A stretch of 63,809 nucleotides of DNA from positions 1-63,809 of the forward strand of contig PS015503.1 of assembly GCA_048213135.1 (NCBI GenBank), given 5' to 3'. Below are positions 23,624 to 36,734 of the stretch, one piece after another. Origin of the DNA: Reclinomonas americana ATCC 50394. Lineage: Eukaryota. The notes under the pieces were generated by a model that did not search any database, had not been told where the DNA came from, and saw only the letters and a list, made by a program, of their open reading frames with translations. Every line of letters starts with the position of its first letter. The first letter of the stretch is position 1. A program made the position numbers and the translations under genes.

Positions 23624-26356
23624 TCACTTGCCACTCTGTTGTCGCAGCATGAGCTGCAGCGCAGAGCGTGGCGAATCCGGTGCCCCTGCTGAGCCTGCAG
23701 CAGCAGCAGCAACACCACCAGCGGGTGGAGTAACAGGTGCGGAGGCTGGAGAGGAGTTGGTGGAGGAAGAGTCGCCGCCTCCCACGGGCGACGTCGGGGC
23801 CGAGCGCGAGGAGATGACGGCGGCGGCATCGGCGGCCGCTGCAGCGGCCGCTGCCTCGGCTTGAGCGCGCTGGCGCATGGCCTCGAGACGCGCCTTGTTC
23901 TTGGCTCGCCTGAGAGAGAGGAGAGTGAGGACAAAAAAGAGGCATACATGCAGGCGAGGAATGGTGTACCTTTCGCGCAGTTCCTCCTCTTGCTGCTTGA
24001 CCACGAATTTGCATTCTTCTCGCATCTCTCGCAGGTACGCTCGATTCAATCGTCGAATACGGAACATGGACTGTGTGGACGCTGGTCAGCGCGATGATTC
24101 AACATCTCGGCGTCATATCCACTCACCTTCAAGAATGCGTGCTGGTGATACTCGAGGTGAACGGCACGGTTGAGCCAGTGCATCATCTCACCCTGAGTGC
24201 GCTTCGACAGCAGCGTCTTTTCGTGGTGGCTGAGGAACGCCAGGCCAGCACGGAACAGGATTTTGGTGCCTGTCCATCGAGTCAGTGCATTACACATCAT
24301 GACTCAAGTATGGTGTCGTCTCTCGCGTGTCTGTACCTTCCGCAAACAGACAGTCCCACACACGCAGCGAGGTCTGCACGGGAAACACGTCCACAAACAG
24401 GCGCAGGAACCAGCCCGTGGTGAACATGCTGGTGGAGATATCGAGCGTCCGCAAGTGCTCGTACACGCTCGGTAGTTTGCGCTCGACACATCGCTCAAAC
24501 ACCTCTTGCTCCACGCGCAGACCCTGCAGGTTCTTGGAGTAGAACTGCGCCGGAAGGATATCTGTGTGCGGGGCCGACGTGGTTGAGGAAGAAAAAGTAA
24601 GTGCGTCCATCGTTGCACTGCACCGTACCTTCAATCATGGTCACCAGCGTCCAAAATGCGTGCTCCTCGGGCATGAAGATGAGCAGGGTGCCGGTGATGA
24701 AATTCAAGCTCTGTGTGTAGCCCAGTGCCGGGTTGCGCCAGCAGAACGCTCGCAGCACACGTCGCAGACTTGTGAGACCGCGCATGGCCAGCAACGCATC
24801 GTCCGACGAATTCAGTGCACGCTGCCGCTGCCGTGGCGTGGGAATGAGTCCCTGCGCCGAAGGCGATGCACGTGCCGAATTCGTTGCTGGCGACGACCGG
24901 CCGCTGCTGGCCCCCGCAGCAGCTGCAGATACCGATGACATTGTCCCACGTGGAGAAGCCCCGCTACTCGCCGCCGCCGCTGCTGCGGCTGCTGCCGGTG
25001 ACAGCGTGGCTGGCGAGGGAGTCTGCGACTCGCGACCCATTGACGGCGACATTATCCGCACAGGTCGCATCGACGCCGTGTGTACCACGGCCACCTCGTC
25101 CTGGCGCAGAATCGAAGCATTGTACAGCGGATGGTCGGGAAATGTGCGCTCAAGGTCCTACAGATGCTTGGTTAATGGCGAGGAGGAGGAAAGGTGGAAA
25201 GGAGAGTAGCGCACCATGTCGATCTCTTCATCAAACGGTGCGTCGACGCCGGCGTGTCTCTCCAGCACGGCATCGTAGTAGCCCTCGTTGTCTTCCATGT
25301 GCGTGCGCGCACCACAGATCTCGAACCACACCTGCGCGAGAGTGAGCACCAACCGTGGCTGTCAGTGCCATGATTCATCGTCCTCCGCGTACCTTGCCGC
25401 GATAATGATTAGGAATGCCCTTGCGGACAAGTCGTCGAACTTTCTTTTGCTGCTCGTGCAGGTACGCAGCGCTGCAGGATGTTCCCTGCGGCCCAAACAA
25501 GTCGCGCCACCTGCACACAGCGAACGGAAGGAGTGAGCGGGCAGCAAGGGAACGCCCACCCAAACACACGCGGAGAGACCGACCTGGGGGTCGCTCGCTG
25601 CAACTTCTCCCGATAGAACATGGCGCTCTCCTCCTCCAGCGTCGCCACCAGCGCCTCCTCGCGCATGACCTCCTCATCGACCTCCTCGTACTCCAACGAG
25701 TCGTCGTCGCCATCCATCAACGCAGCAACAGCCGCCGCCGCTGATGCAGCAGCCGCTGATGGAGGAGGCGGAGGAACAGAAGTCGCTTCCCCACCCGCCG
25801 CAGTCTCCTCGTCGCTGTCATCATCCTCCTCAGAATCATCATCATCATCACCATCGTCGTCGCCATCCTCCTCATCCTCCTCATCGTCATCGCTGTCGTC
25901 CTCGCCATCACTATCTCCTCCTCGCCTTCTCCTCCTCCTTCTCCGCTTCTTCTTCTTCTCCAACTGCTGCTGCTGCTGTTGTTGCTGTTGTTGCTGCAAC
26001 TCGCGCTCCCTCTCCACCTGCTGCTGTATCTGCAACTGCCGCTGCTGTCGTCGCATTGCCGCCACCTGATGCTCATGCCAGCGCGACCGGGCAAACACGC
26101 GCGGAAATCCACACATGGGATCCACCCACAGACGCTCGCGATCCTCCTGTGTCACCCCGAGCATGCTGGGCGTCCACAGCACCTCGCGCTGACTGCTGCT
26201 CACTGGCATCTCACTCTCCACTTGTTGTTGTTGTTGTTGTTGTTGCTGTTGTTGGTGGTGTTGCTTCTCTTGTGAGAGCACCACAGCACCGAGCATGCCT
26301 GCGCCCACACCAGCAGCGGCCACCACTGCTGAGGAGCCAAACCCGGCGCGACTCAT
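23624..26356 (-). CDS. TBC-domain Rab GTPase-activating protein
   Basis: RRLVRKGIPNHYRGK|VW, R-finger IDM|DLERTFP, Q-finger GYTQSLNFI, EEHAFWTL, WFLRLF...LRVWDCLFAEG. Poly-Q and acidic N-terminus. Confidence 0.9.
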
Positions 26357-26445
26357 GTGCGCGCGCGTGTGTGTTTGTCAATACGTATACTCGCGCGTTC
26401 GCCTTGTCTCGTGATTGTCTCTCTCTTCTTCGCGCACACACACGC

Positions 26446-28181
26446 ATGAGTGGCGCACCCTTCAGCGATGAGCAGATGGCCACTGTGCGCCTGCTCAACT
26501 ACATCTTCTGCACAATCTCCATTGTCGGGTTCCGTCACTCCCCTTCCACTCTTTCCTCTCCACACTTCACTCATTCTCCCCCGACACACACAGGTCACTG
26601 TTCATCATTGCCTGCTTCCTGGCCTACTCGAATCTGCGGGAACACTTCTCTGTGCGACTTGTGGTGTTCCTGAGCATTGCGGATCTTTTTAGCTACGCCA
26701 GCACGTACTTGGGATCGCCGACTGAGGCCGGCGATGTGCTGTGTCAGCTGCAGGGCTTCTCGTTGGATGTGTTTCAGTTGTCGTCGGTGCTGTGGACGTC
26801 GTGCATTGCAGTGGCGCTGTTCACGGGCATGATGTGGCCGCGGGAGACCTATGTGCGCCGCGAACCGGTTTGTTGAAATGCATGCATATGACGACAACGC
26901 GCAGGAAAGAGTGAGGAACAAAGGCCCACCACTCGTGCGTCGATGCAGGTGTTCCACTTTGTCTCGTGGGGCATTCCGCTGATCTTTGGCATCGTCGGCC
27001 TGTCGATGGGGCTGTATGGGCCGACGTCGGGAGCGTGGTGCTGGATTCAGGAGAAGAAGCTGCGCATCACCAACTTTTATGTGCCGCTGTGGATCTGCAT
27101 GGCGTTCAACTTTACGCTGTACGCCATCATGTTTCGCACTATGCGAGCGGTGATTATGAGCGCCGAGACGTCGTCGGCGCGCTACAAGCGCAATCAGCGA
27201 CTCATGATTCAGCGTCTCTTCCTGTACCCTGTGCGTCCTCCTTCTCCACCTCTTGCGTGTCGCCGGCCCCTGCGCTCATCGTTTGTCTTGTACAGCTCAT
27301 CATGCTGGTGGTGTGGCTTGTGCCATCCATCAACCGCGTGGTCACGTTGTTCACCGACGAGCTGATCTATGGCTTGTACTGCGCGCACGTGGTGTTCTCG
27401 CGGCTGCAGGTGCGCCGCAGTCTCTCAACACACACACACACACATTCGAGACTCACACCCGCGTTTGTGCTCGCAGGGCTTGCTGAATGCGCTCGTGTAC
27501 GGTCTGAATGGAGTGGTACTGAAGAACCTGCGCGGCACCTTCCGTCGCTGCTGTCACGGCAAGCAGGCAGCACGTCGCCCGGCTCCAGCCGCACCGGGTG
27601 GCGTCTTGTCGATCAATTCTTCCGAGGGCGACGATGTTGCAGAGGTGGACTCGGAGGCGGATTTCGAGGCGCTGGCCGGTGGCGATATCGATGGTGCGTC
27701 AACGGGTGGTGACGTGCGCATGAAGGACATGAGCGAGGCGGCTGTTGGTCGCATTCGTGGCGCCCCACTGTACAAGTCGGAGTGGGAGGGCGATGTGTCG
27801 GACGACGATGAGAGGGCAGGTGGAGAGAAGGATGGTGCCGCTGCTGCCGCTCCACGGGGTACGCCATCGCCGGCCATCTCACAGTCCAGTGGCATCGCCG
27901 CCGCCGCAAGGCTGCCACACACGAGTCGCGGGTATTCGGCACGGTCCTACGACCATCGCATGCATCGACCGAGCGCTGGCCCTGCTGCTGCTGCAGCCGC
28001 CGCCGCCGTTGCCGCAGCGGCCGCCGCTGGCGACGAGGGTGGAGGTGGTGGCGGGCCCGCGGAAATGTCGGACTCGTTCATGTTGCGTCAAATGGCCGAG
28101 GCTGCGTCGTTCAGCAGACCACTACCGCTGCCACCAGCCGGACCGGGTCCAGCCCGCGGCGCACCTCATGCTCCCAGATGA
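26446..28181 (+). CDS. cAMP-receptor/GCR1-like seven-transmembrane GPCR
   Basis: RLVVFLSIAD, LCQLQGF...SSVLWTSCIA, GAWCWI, RLFLYP, PSINRV, QGLLNALVYG, followed by a long disordered tail. Confidence 0.9.
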
Positions 28182-28221
28182 CAACCACTAATGATTAAAG
28201 AACAATCCTTCGGTAGATGCT

Positions 28222-29021
28222 TTACCACCATCGCTTGGGGTATGCACGGTGCGGACACGAGTTGTGCAGCAGCACGGCCAGCACCACCAGCAGCGTGGCC
28301 GAGGTGCCCACCGGCGCCACAGGGTACAACCAGCCACTGTCGCCCGCAGCGCCCAACGAGGCCAGCAGTGCCGTGGCCACGGCCGGCGGGTGCACTGTGG
28401 AGGTCATCATCTGCGCGGCCACCGCCAGTGCCACGCCCGTCGGCGCCGCCAACACTGGCGCAATCGGCAGCACCGTCGCCGCCACAAAAACGCCCACCAG
28501 GGCCGACAACATCTGTCCGCCAATCACACTCCGCGGCTGCGCAAATGGCGACTCGGGCAGGCCGTACACCAGTGCCGCCGAGGCGCCAATTGATCCGACC
28601 AGTGCCACCGACGGCATGTCCAACTGGAAATGCATGACTGACAGAGTGCCGACCGCCAGGAAGCTTGCTGTTTGTATGTTTTTTCCGCACAGGATGTGTG
28701 GGCACAGGGCGAGCATGGCCTCACGTTTCACCACACTCAGGACTCACCTGCGGCGGGACCGGCAATCTGCTTCCAGGAGAGTGGAGGAGCGGGTGGTGGT
28801 GCGGGAGTTGGTGCGCGTGACGTGGCAAGCGCCTTGTTGGTCACTCGTGAGACCCAGGAGGATGCTACTGCTGGAGGTGGTGCTGCTGAGGGAGAGGGAG
28901 AAGATGCCGAAGATGCGGAAGATGACGGCGATGGCGATGAGGAAGAGAAGAGGGTTCTGCACAGCCTCCAAGGCCAATGTGGTGATGGAGGGAGTGCGAG
29001 CGTGCGGCGAAGGATCTGCAT
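28222..29021 (-). CDS. HPP-family membrane protein with an N-terminal organelle-targeting-like leader
   Basis: GASAALVYGLPESPFAQPRSVIGG, TVHPPA, YPKRWW*. Exon 1 is Arg/Ser-rich with no acidic residues. Confidence 0.9.
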
Positions 29022-29022
29022 G

Positions 29023-29057
<35 letters not shown>

Positions 29058-29110
29058 TAGCTCTCTGTCTGCGGTGGGACGAACATACGGAAACATCAAT
29101 GCATTTTTAC

Positions 29111-30926
29111 TTAGTCCGGTGGTCGCGGGTGTGGGCTTGGTGGGTACACGAACGCGGCGTCGAGGTCCTCCACGATGCCGAGTCGAGATCGCGGACGTCT
29201 GTTAACAAAGAGTGAGACAAGCTGCGATCAGCCGCATGTATACAATGTGCGATCGCAACTCGGGTTCCGGTGGCCGACTCGGCTCAACCTCCGGCAGGCC
29301 ACTGGCACGCCGGGCAGCTCGCTGCTTGGCATGCTCCTGTTCCACGAGTAGCATCGACTCGGCGGCCTCGTAGTCGAGACCGGCAGCAAACTCCTCCTTT
29401 AGCGCCGACAGACTCTCCGCACGATCAAAGAGAAACTGCGACACTGAGTCAGGCCTCTCTCCCTCCATTCCTCTCCCGCTCTCTCTGCTTCGATGGATCG
29501 TACCTGCGAGGTGAGCAAGCCGTACGAGTCGTGCGCCACATCGTAGTCCGCCACGGCATCAGTGTGTCTGCCCATCAGCGCATACAGCGATCCACGTGTG
29601 TGGAACACCTCGCCGTGCGGAACCACCGTCAGGTGATCGAACAGCGCCCCGTCGTACAGATCGAGCAGCGCATTCAGTGTGCCAAGGCACTTGTCCAGCT
29701 GTTGCACTTTGAGGTAGACCAGTGCCAACAGGTACACCGTGTTGCCGGCGTCGATCCACTCGGCCTTGGAGAGAGTCAGCGGTGCGCCTTCGACGCGCGC
29801 ACGCTGCTGTGCAATCGAGACGGGATAGGAGGGAGCGCGTTGCGGTCGAGGTGGCGACGGCGACGGTTGCTCCTGCGGATCCAGCTCACGAAATCTAGCA
29901 TCCTCACGGCTGAAGATTTGCGGTGGCGATCCGGGTCGTTGCGCCCCAGTCGGGAGCGTCACATACGTCTGCCACGGCACGTATTCAGGGACAACAACAC
30001 GACAAGAAGAAGACATCAACACAGCCCTACAGACCGGCAGATTCGGCGACGCTGGTTGCTTCTGCGCGGGAGCGAGGCCAGAGCGTTGGGGCGAGCCGGG
30101 AGACGTGGGCGACGGTGCCTTCTCCTCCAGCATGTGCGGCGGCACATACGGCTCCCGATCGTCCGAGATGAACTCCAGCAAGTACGTGTTGAGATCGTCA
30201 ATGGCCAGCGCAAACTCTTGTCGCTGGAGGCGAAAGATGGCGCGCTGGTTGCACCACCCATTGAGTACGCGCACGCGCAGAGAGATCAAGTGACACGCGA
30301 GCGAACCTGTCGCCACACTTCTCGTCGTTCCGGGTGCAACAACACAGCGCAATCAAAGTCCATGGCCGCTCGTTGACTGTCTCCCTACGCCGCGGAGCTC
30401 ACTCAGTGAGTGAGCGTGACCCTTCTGCAAGTGCAGTAGGTCTCTCACCAATCGCTCCAACGCACAACCGCGGGTCAGCAGCGCATGCACATTGTCTTCT
30501 TCCGACTCCAGGGCCTTGGAGGCCGATCCCACTGCCCGTTCGTGCTGGCCTGCGTACGCACAGAGAGAAGGAGGAAGAGTGCAAAGAGAGAGAGAAGAGA
30601 GCGAGAGCGCAATCAATGACCAATGATCGTCCGATGCTGCATCCACTCCCTCCCTCTTTCTCTCACACACACCCATGCGATGAAACACAATGGCGCGGTT
30701 GGTGAGGGCGGAGACATCACTGGGGTTGCGCTGCAGGTGCTCGTTGTAGAAGCGGAGAGAGATCTCCAGCTGACCCTGCCGTAACGCTGATGGTGTTCCC
30801 GGGTGTGCGAGAGAAAGGTGTGAGTGGTGAGAAGAGGCATGCTGTCTGTCAGTGCATGTGCGTACCATTGTCGGCCAGTCGTACCTCCATCGGTGCGACT
30901 CTTTCTGGTGATGCGATGTCATGCAT
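29111..30926 (-). CDS. TPR-repeat protein
   Basis: ALTNRAIVFHRMG, ALLTRGCALERL, FHTRGSLYALMGRHTDAVADY. Confidence 0.75.
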
Positions 30927-31037
30927 GACGATGACATGAACGACGTTCTGCGTTTCATTCCCAGTCACGACGTTGGCTGTCTGGAAGTGAAAGCACCGGC
31001 GATGCAGAGGTGCGTGTGTTGTGTATGCGTGTGTGTC

Positions 31038-34000
31038 TTAGAAGAGCGACAACGACTTCTTCTTCTCGTCACGTCTCCACTTTGGCAGCTTTGCAAAGTC
31101 GGCACGACTCGAGCCAAAGAGACGGTCAAAGTCGGCATCCTGCGCAAAAGAGCAAAGTGAGCAGGGGCCAGGAGAAGTGGAGGCAAGGCCATGCGCCTCA
31201 CCGACAAGTACAGCTCGCGGCACGAAGGATCGACACCGGCCGGAGTCTCGGCGCCGGCCTTCAGCAGCTCGTACGCAATCGGACCGGTTTGGGCCGGGGT
31301 CTGCAGTGGCGCGCAAAGTGATGAGTGTTGCACACAGCAAGAGAGATGACAAGGTGCAACAGTCGATGGACCTTGAATCCACCACCGGGGGCCGCAGCCG
31401 GGGATGCCGGCGCTGCAGCAGACGGGAAGCTGCCAGAGGCCGCGGCGGCGGCGACAGCCGGAGACGCAGGCGCATGCTTCAGCTGCACTGCCGGAGAGGC
31501 GGGTGCTGGTGCTGCCGCTGCCGCGGGCTTTGGCGGCGGAGCGTGCAACTGCACCGACGGAGCCGCGCTGCTGCTGCTTCCGCTGCCGCTGCCACTGCCA
31601 CTGCCCGAGGAGCTGGCGGCCTTGGCGGCGAACGGATCGACCCATTGCTGCAGAGTTTTTGTTGGTGAGAAGGAAGACAACAACATGGCCGAGCAAGAAG
31701 CTGCAGTGAGCCAAGAAAGGAACGAACCGGGCGGTCGTACTTCCAGTCCAGGAAGTTGGAGGTGAACGGCACAGTCTCGTGACCGGCATGCACAGTGACC
31801 GTCGTCACTGAGCGAGAGGGCAGAAGTGAGTCGACAATAAAACAGCCAAGAGCTTGACCCAACCATCCCAATCACAGACCTCGCTCACGGCCGCTGAGAG
31901 CCAGGTACTTCTCCACAGTCTCGTTTGCGGCCTTGATCTCGGCCGCGTTGCTGGTGGAACCGATCCACACAAACACCGTGTTCCACGCATCGAGCAGCAT
32001 CACATCGTCGTCGGCAAGGTCGTCCTGTGTGAAGTTCGGGATCTCCTCCGCCTGGCTCACAGCATGAGAACGACATTAGTGTGTGTGCTGTGTTTGTGTA
32101 TGTGTGTGCGCACGCGCACAGACCTTCATGGCGCCGTACTTGTTCGTGATGTGGAAGAGGCGCGGCTCGTGCTCACCCTCCACCGACTTGCCCGTCGGGT
32201 ACTCGGCATGTCCGCCGAGAATCGCCCAGAACTCCTCCGACTCAGCACCCTCCGCCACATGCACCACCGAGCGGCCGGCAGCCAGACGGCTGGCCACCGC
32301 CTCGCCAGCTCGCTGCTCGGTCGTCGAGGTCAGCAGGCCGTTCCAGATGTACATGGTGCCGGGCACTTGCACGAGGAAGGTGTCGCCAGAGTTCAGGTTG
32401 CTGGCACGCTGCGAGGTGTGTGCTGGCTCAGATCAGAAACAAGCACGCATACGCACACGCGCACAAGAGAAGGAGACGCAACAGCTGTGATCTGGTGGAC
32501 GCGAGTGGCGTCGGCATCGTTGCCGCGAATGCGGAACAGCGCAATGCCGTTGGGGTCGTACTGCTCGCCGGCCAACTCGGCACCGTTGCTGAAGCCTGAC
32601 GGCGAGCCGCCCTGCAGCACCACAAACTGGCCGTGGAAAATGCGGATAAAGTGGCGCGGCTCCTTGCCTTGCGTCACGCGGACCTGCGTAGCGTGTCCGC
32701 CCATGGAGTTGTCGAGCTCCACCGTCAGTGCAGCCGCAGCGCCTTGCTCGTCCTTTGTGTGGGAGAGTCAGCATGAAGGAGGGAACGAGATGCGAGAGTG
32801 CAGAGGCAGTCTACCTTGGAGCTGTACTGGCCCAGCCAGTAGTAAATGACAGTCTCCTCACGGTTGCGGACGCGGTAGCGGTACACGACAATGTACGAGT
32901 CGCCTGCACGACAGAATGAGGAGAAGCACGACCACGATTCACCATTTCAAGCACATACCCGAGTAGAAGGTGCCGTACTCGGACTTGGGCAGCGGCTGCT
33001 TGGCGAAGCGCTCAATGCGGAACACCTGCTTGCATCGCCATGAGCACGAGGACAAGAATTAGACAAGGCTGTGCGTAGAAAAACAAACCTCGACATTGCC
33101 AGCGCCGTCGTCAAAGTCCTTGGCAGCGTACTCGGACTGCGCAGTGCCGGCGAGCAGGGCATCGACCTGTGCATGCACACGATCATCAGCATCCTCATTC
33201 AACTTCAAATGCACTCCGATTCATCCCAGATACCCACCTGGATCTGAGCCTCCTCACGCGACGCCGCGGCAGTGGCGCGAATGTCGGCCGGTGCCACGAC
33301 GCGGAACTTCCACGAGGGGAACTTGGCGCGGAAGCGCTCCTCCTCGTGGCCGCTCTGCTGGCGGGTGATGGCCGTCCACGTGGGGCGACCCTGCGAGTTC
33401 AGGAAGTTCTGCACGCCCACAGAGACAATGGTGAGTCACAAACAAACAAACGATGCTTGACTGCAACACGACACAAACCGTGGCCATAGTCATGCTGTTG
33501 CGCTTCTCCTCCGCCGACGCACCCTTGCCGACCCACACAAAGATCTCCGAGCCAGCATCGAGCACAAACGCATCGTTGTCTGCTGGTCAACACACCGCGA
33601 TGAGAGATGTGGCAAACACACTTGCACACACACGCATGCGCCCACCGTCCAGCGACTGCTGCGTAAAGTTCGGGATCTCGACCAGCGCCGCGACATTGCC
33701 CTCGGGCACACTGGCGACAACAAATCAGCCACAGTGCGCACATCCGAGGCCAACACCGCCACTCACCGGTACAGCTTGGCGGTCTGTGCACGCTCATGAG
33801 CCTGATCATCGCCACCAGCCGCCGCCGGCTTCACATCACGCGGGCTGCCGCCCAGCACATGCCAAAACTCCGAGTCGCTGTCACCCTCGCCCACAATGAC
33901 AATCTCGGCCTTGCCGTGACGCTCCTCATTGCGAATGTACTCGGCGCTCTGCGTGACCTTGATGCGCTCCTTGCGGTTGGCCTCGGCGCCGACCCACACA

Positions 34001-34752
34001 AACAGGCGCTCGCCCGCATCGAGAATGAACGCATCGCCGTGGTTCAACGAGCCCGCGCCCAGCTGCACCTGCGTGAGACGCGGAGCCGCCGCGCCCTTGA
34101 CCTGGAACAGTCGCGGCTGGTACGCCTTGGGGTCGACGTGACGGAAGCCCGACTCGAAGCCGCCCTGCTCGTAGCGCACACCCGCGGGCTTGAAGAGACC
34201 CAGGAAGGCCGCCGACTCGTGGTTTTGCACCTATGTACATGGATGCTCTCCTCAGTACACCTCTCTCTCCTCTCTTGTCACAGTGTGTGTGTGTGTGTGT
34301 GCAAGAGACTGACCTCGCGGTGTTGCGTGGGAGAGCCTCCCAGGGACTCGTCCAACTCGCAGGCCTTGATGGCTGCAGTGCCGGCCTCATCTTGCGAGGT
34401 GTCCGCGCCCAGCCAGAAGTAGATGTGCCAGTCGCGGCGACTGCCCACCAGGCGTGTCTGCACAACAAAAGAAAGAAGAGTGTGTGTGTTTCTCCGACAT
34501 GAGCCATGTCTCACGCATATGAGAGACAAGTCGCAAACCTGCAACACAATGTAGCTGTCGCCGGCGAAGAAGTGACCGTGGTCTTCGCGTGGGACGCGCT
34601 CCGCTGCAAAGTTGTGGATGCGCCACACCTTTGTTATTGAAAAAAGAGAGACAGACAGACAGCAATGAGCATGTGCAAGGAGAGTGTGCGGCAAGGGAAG
34701 GATAACGTGCCTCGAGGCCCTCGCGCTGTCCGGCACCACTGAACTCAGCCAT
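31038..34752 (-). CDS. Villin (gelsolin repeats plus headpiece)
   Basis: GLE|VWRI, FFAGDSYIVL, YFWLGADTSQDEAGTAAIK, LNHGDAFILD, VRVTQGKEPRHF, FTQDDLADDDVMLLD; headpiece DFAKLPKWRRDEKKKSLSLF*. Confidence 0.95.
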
Positions 34753-34856
34753 GTGAACGCGTGTGAAGAGAAAGTTAAGTGATAAAACGATAATGAGGAC
34801 AAAGTTGTCACAGCAACGCTTTCATTTCCCCACCCTTCGTTGCTTATCCCCCCATT

Positions 34857-36205
34857 TCACAAGGCGGTGCCACGCTCGAGATTTTCCTTGATCGGCGCCG
34901 TGTACTTGTCGTAGTAGCGCGAGAGCGTCTTGTTGAACTTGCGGTTCTGGTCGTTGATGTAGGTGACGTCCTCGTCCTCGTACACCTGGCGGCGGCGGCT
35001 CCACGGGCGACCACTGTCATATATCAACAAGAAGTGAGCAGACGGGCACTGCTGCAAGTGGTGCACCTTCATCTTGGAAACGCAACGCCTTGGTGAGATC
35101 CTGAATGAGGTACTCGACGCGCTCCGGCTTCACCTCGCCCTTGCCGCCATAGTGCATCGAGTCCACATCGCGATACAGCTCATCGTCGGGCTTCTCGGCC
35201 TTGGCGACCTCGTAGCCCTCCACGTCCAGTGGCGCCTGCNNNNNNNNNNNNNNNNNNNNNNNNNNNNNNNNNNNNNNNNNNNNNNNNNNNNNNNNNNNNN
35301 NNNNNNNNNNNNNNNNNNNNNNNNNNNNNNNNNNNNNNNNNNNNNNNNNNNNNNNNNNNNNNNNNNNNNNNNNNNNNNNNNNNNNNNNNNNNNNNNNNNN
35401 NNNNNNNNNNNNNNNNNNNNNNNNNNNNNNNNNNNNNNNNNNNNNNNNNNNNNNNNNNNNNNNNNNNNNNNNNNNNNNNNNNNNNNNNNNNNNNNNNNNN
35501 NNNNNNNNNNNNNNNNNNNNNNNNNNNNNNNNNNNNNNNNNNNNNNNNNNNNNNNNNNNNNNNNNNNNNNNNNNNNNNNNNNNNNNNNNNNNNNNNNNNN
35601 NNNNNNNNNNNNNNNNNNNNNNNNNNNNNNNNNNNNNNNNNNNNNNNNNNNNNNNNNNNNNNNNNNNNNNNNNNNNNNNNNNNNNNNNNNNNNNNNNNNN
35701 NNNNNNNNNNNNNNNNNNNNNNNNNNNNNNNNNNNGGTGGGCGCACGCAACAATCTTCATCTTGATCTCAAACAGACGCTTCTGTGTCGGTGTCATTTGC
35801 AGGTACTCGTCAGTGCTCTTGTAGTTCTCCAGGTCAAACGTCGCTGGCTCCTCTGGATCCAAGCCCAGCTCCTCTTTTCTCTTGAGCTCCTGCTCATGCA
35901 CCCATGAGCAACAACAACAACTCATCGCGCGCGCGTGACTGAGAGAGACACTCACCTGCTTCCTCTCCTCGCGTCTCCAGTCGACCTCGGCCTCATCATA
36001 CGAAATCGGCATGTTCTCCTCCAGCACACGCAAACGTGCTGCGCGCTCTGCTGTTGACTCACCAAAGTACGTCACCGGTTGCCCTGTGTGTGAGAGAGTG
36101 TGTGTGTGAGTGAGTCGACAACGGACTTGACACTCAAATCACTGTCTGTCAGAGAGTACCTCGCAACCTCAGTCGCTGTATGACCTCGTCCTCAGACAAC
36201 TCCAT
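34857..36205 (-). CDS. SYF2: Pre-mRNA splicing factor SYF2 with an N-terminal PRP4/PRP18-type SFM motif (internal gap)
   Basis: C-terminus SRRR...[38 protein letters not shown]-terminus [29 protein letters not shown]. Confidence 0.85.
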
Positions 36206-36334
36206 GGTGAGCGCGCGCGCTTGTGCTTCGTTGAGTGTGAGAGAGACAAAGGACAAAAGCAACGTCCTGGTCGCTCCTTTCGCCTGCTCGCCTCCGTCCT
36301 TGTTTTGTTTGCCTGCGTGGTTGCGTGAGAGGAG

Positions 36335-36559
36335 ATGGTGTTCGGCAGTTACGACGGGTGGCGCAAGACGGGAGCGATTTCACGGGGCGCCAACCTGCGC
36401 GCCATGTTTCCGGGCATTGCTATCGGCACTGGCCTCTTCCTCACGTACTGGGCCTACGAGACGGTGACGGGTGGTTCATCACATGGTCACCACGATAATC
36501 ACCATCATCATGCACCTGCAGCAGCAGCAGAGGGCCACAAGGCAGAGGAGAAGCATTGA
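36335..36559 (+). CDS. NDUFB3: Mitochondrial complex I subunit B12 (NDUFB3-like), intronless
   Basis: DGWRK...LRAMFPGIAIGTGLFLTYWAYE plus a His-rich tail, 74 aa. Confidence 0.78.
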   Translation: MVFGSYDGWRKTGAISRGANLRAMFPGIAIGTGLFLTYWAYETVTGGSSHGHHDNHHHHAPAAAAEGHKAEEKH

Positions 36560-36734
36560 GAGTTGCGCTCTGTGTGAGTGCGTGTGTGTTTGTGCGCGCG
36601 TTGGTTGTGCTGACGCGGTGTGTGTCTGTGTGTGCGCAGGAGAGTTGTGACTGACGATTGTCTCGGTGTTGCGGGCAGAATGAATGTCACTTTGTGTGTG
36701 CATCTCTCGCTTTGTACATTGATAGCTTGTAGAT

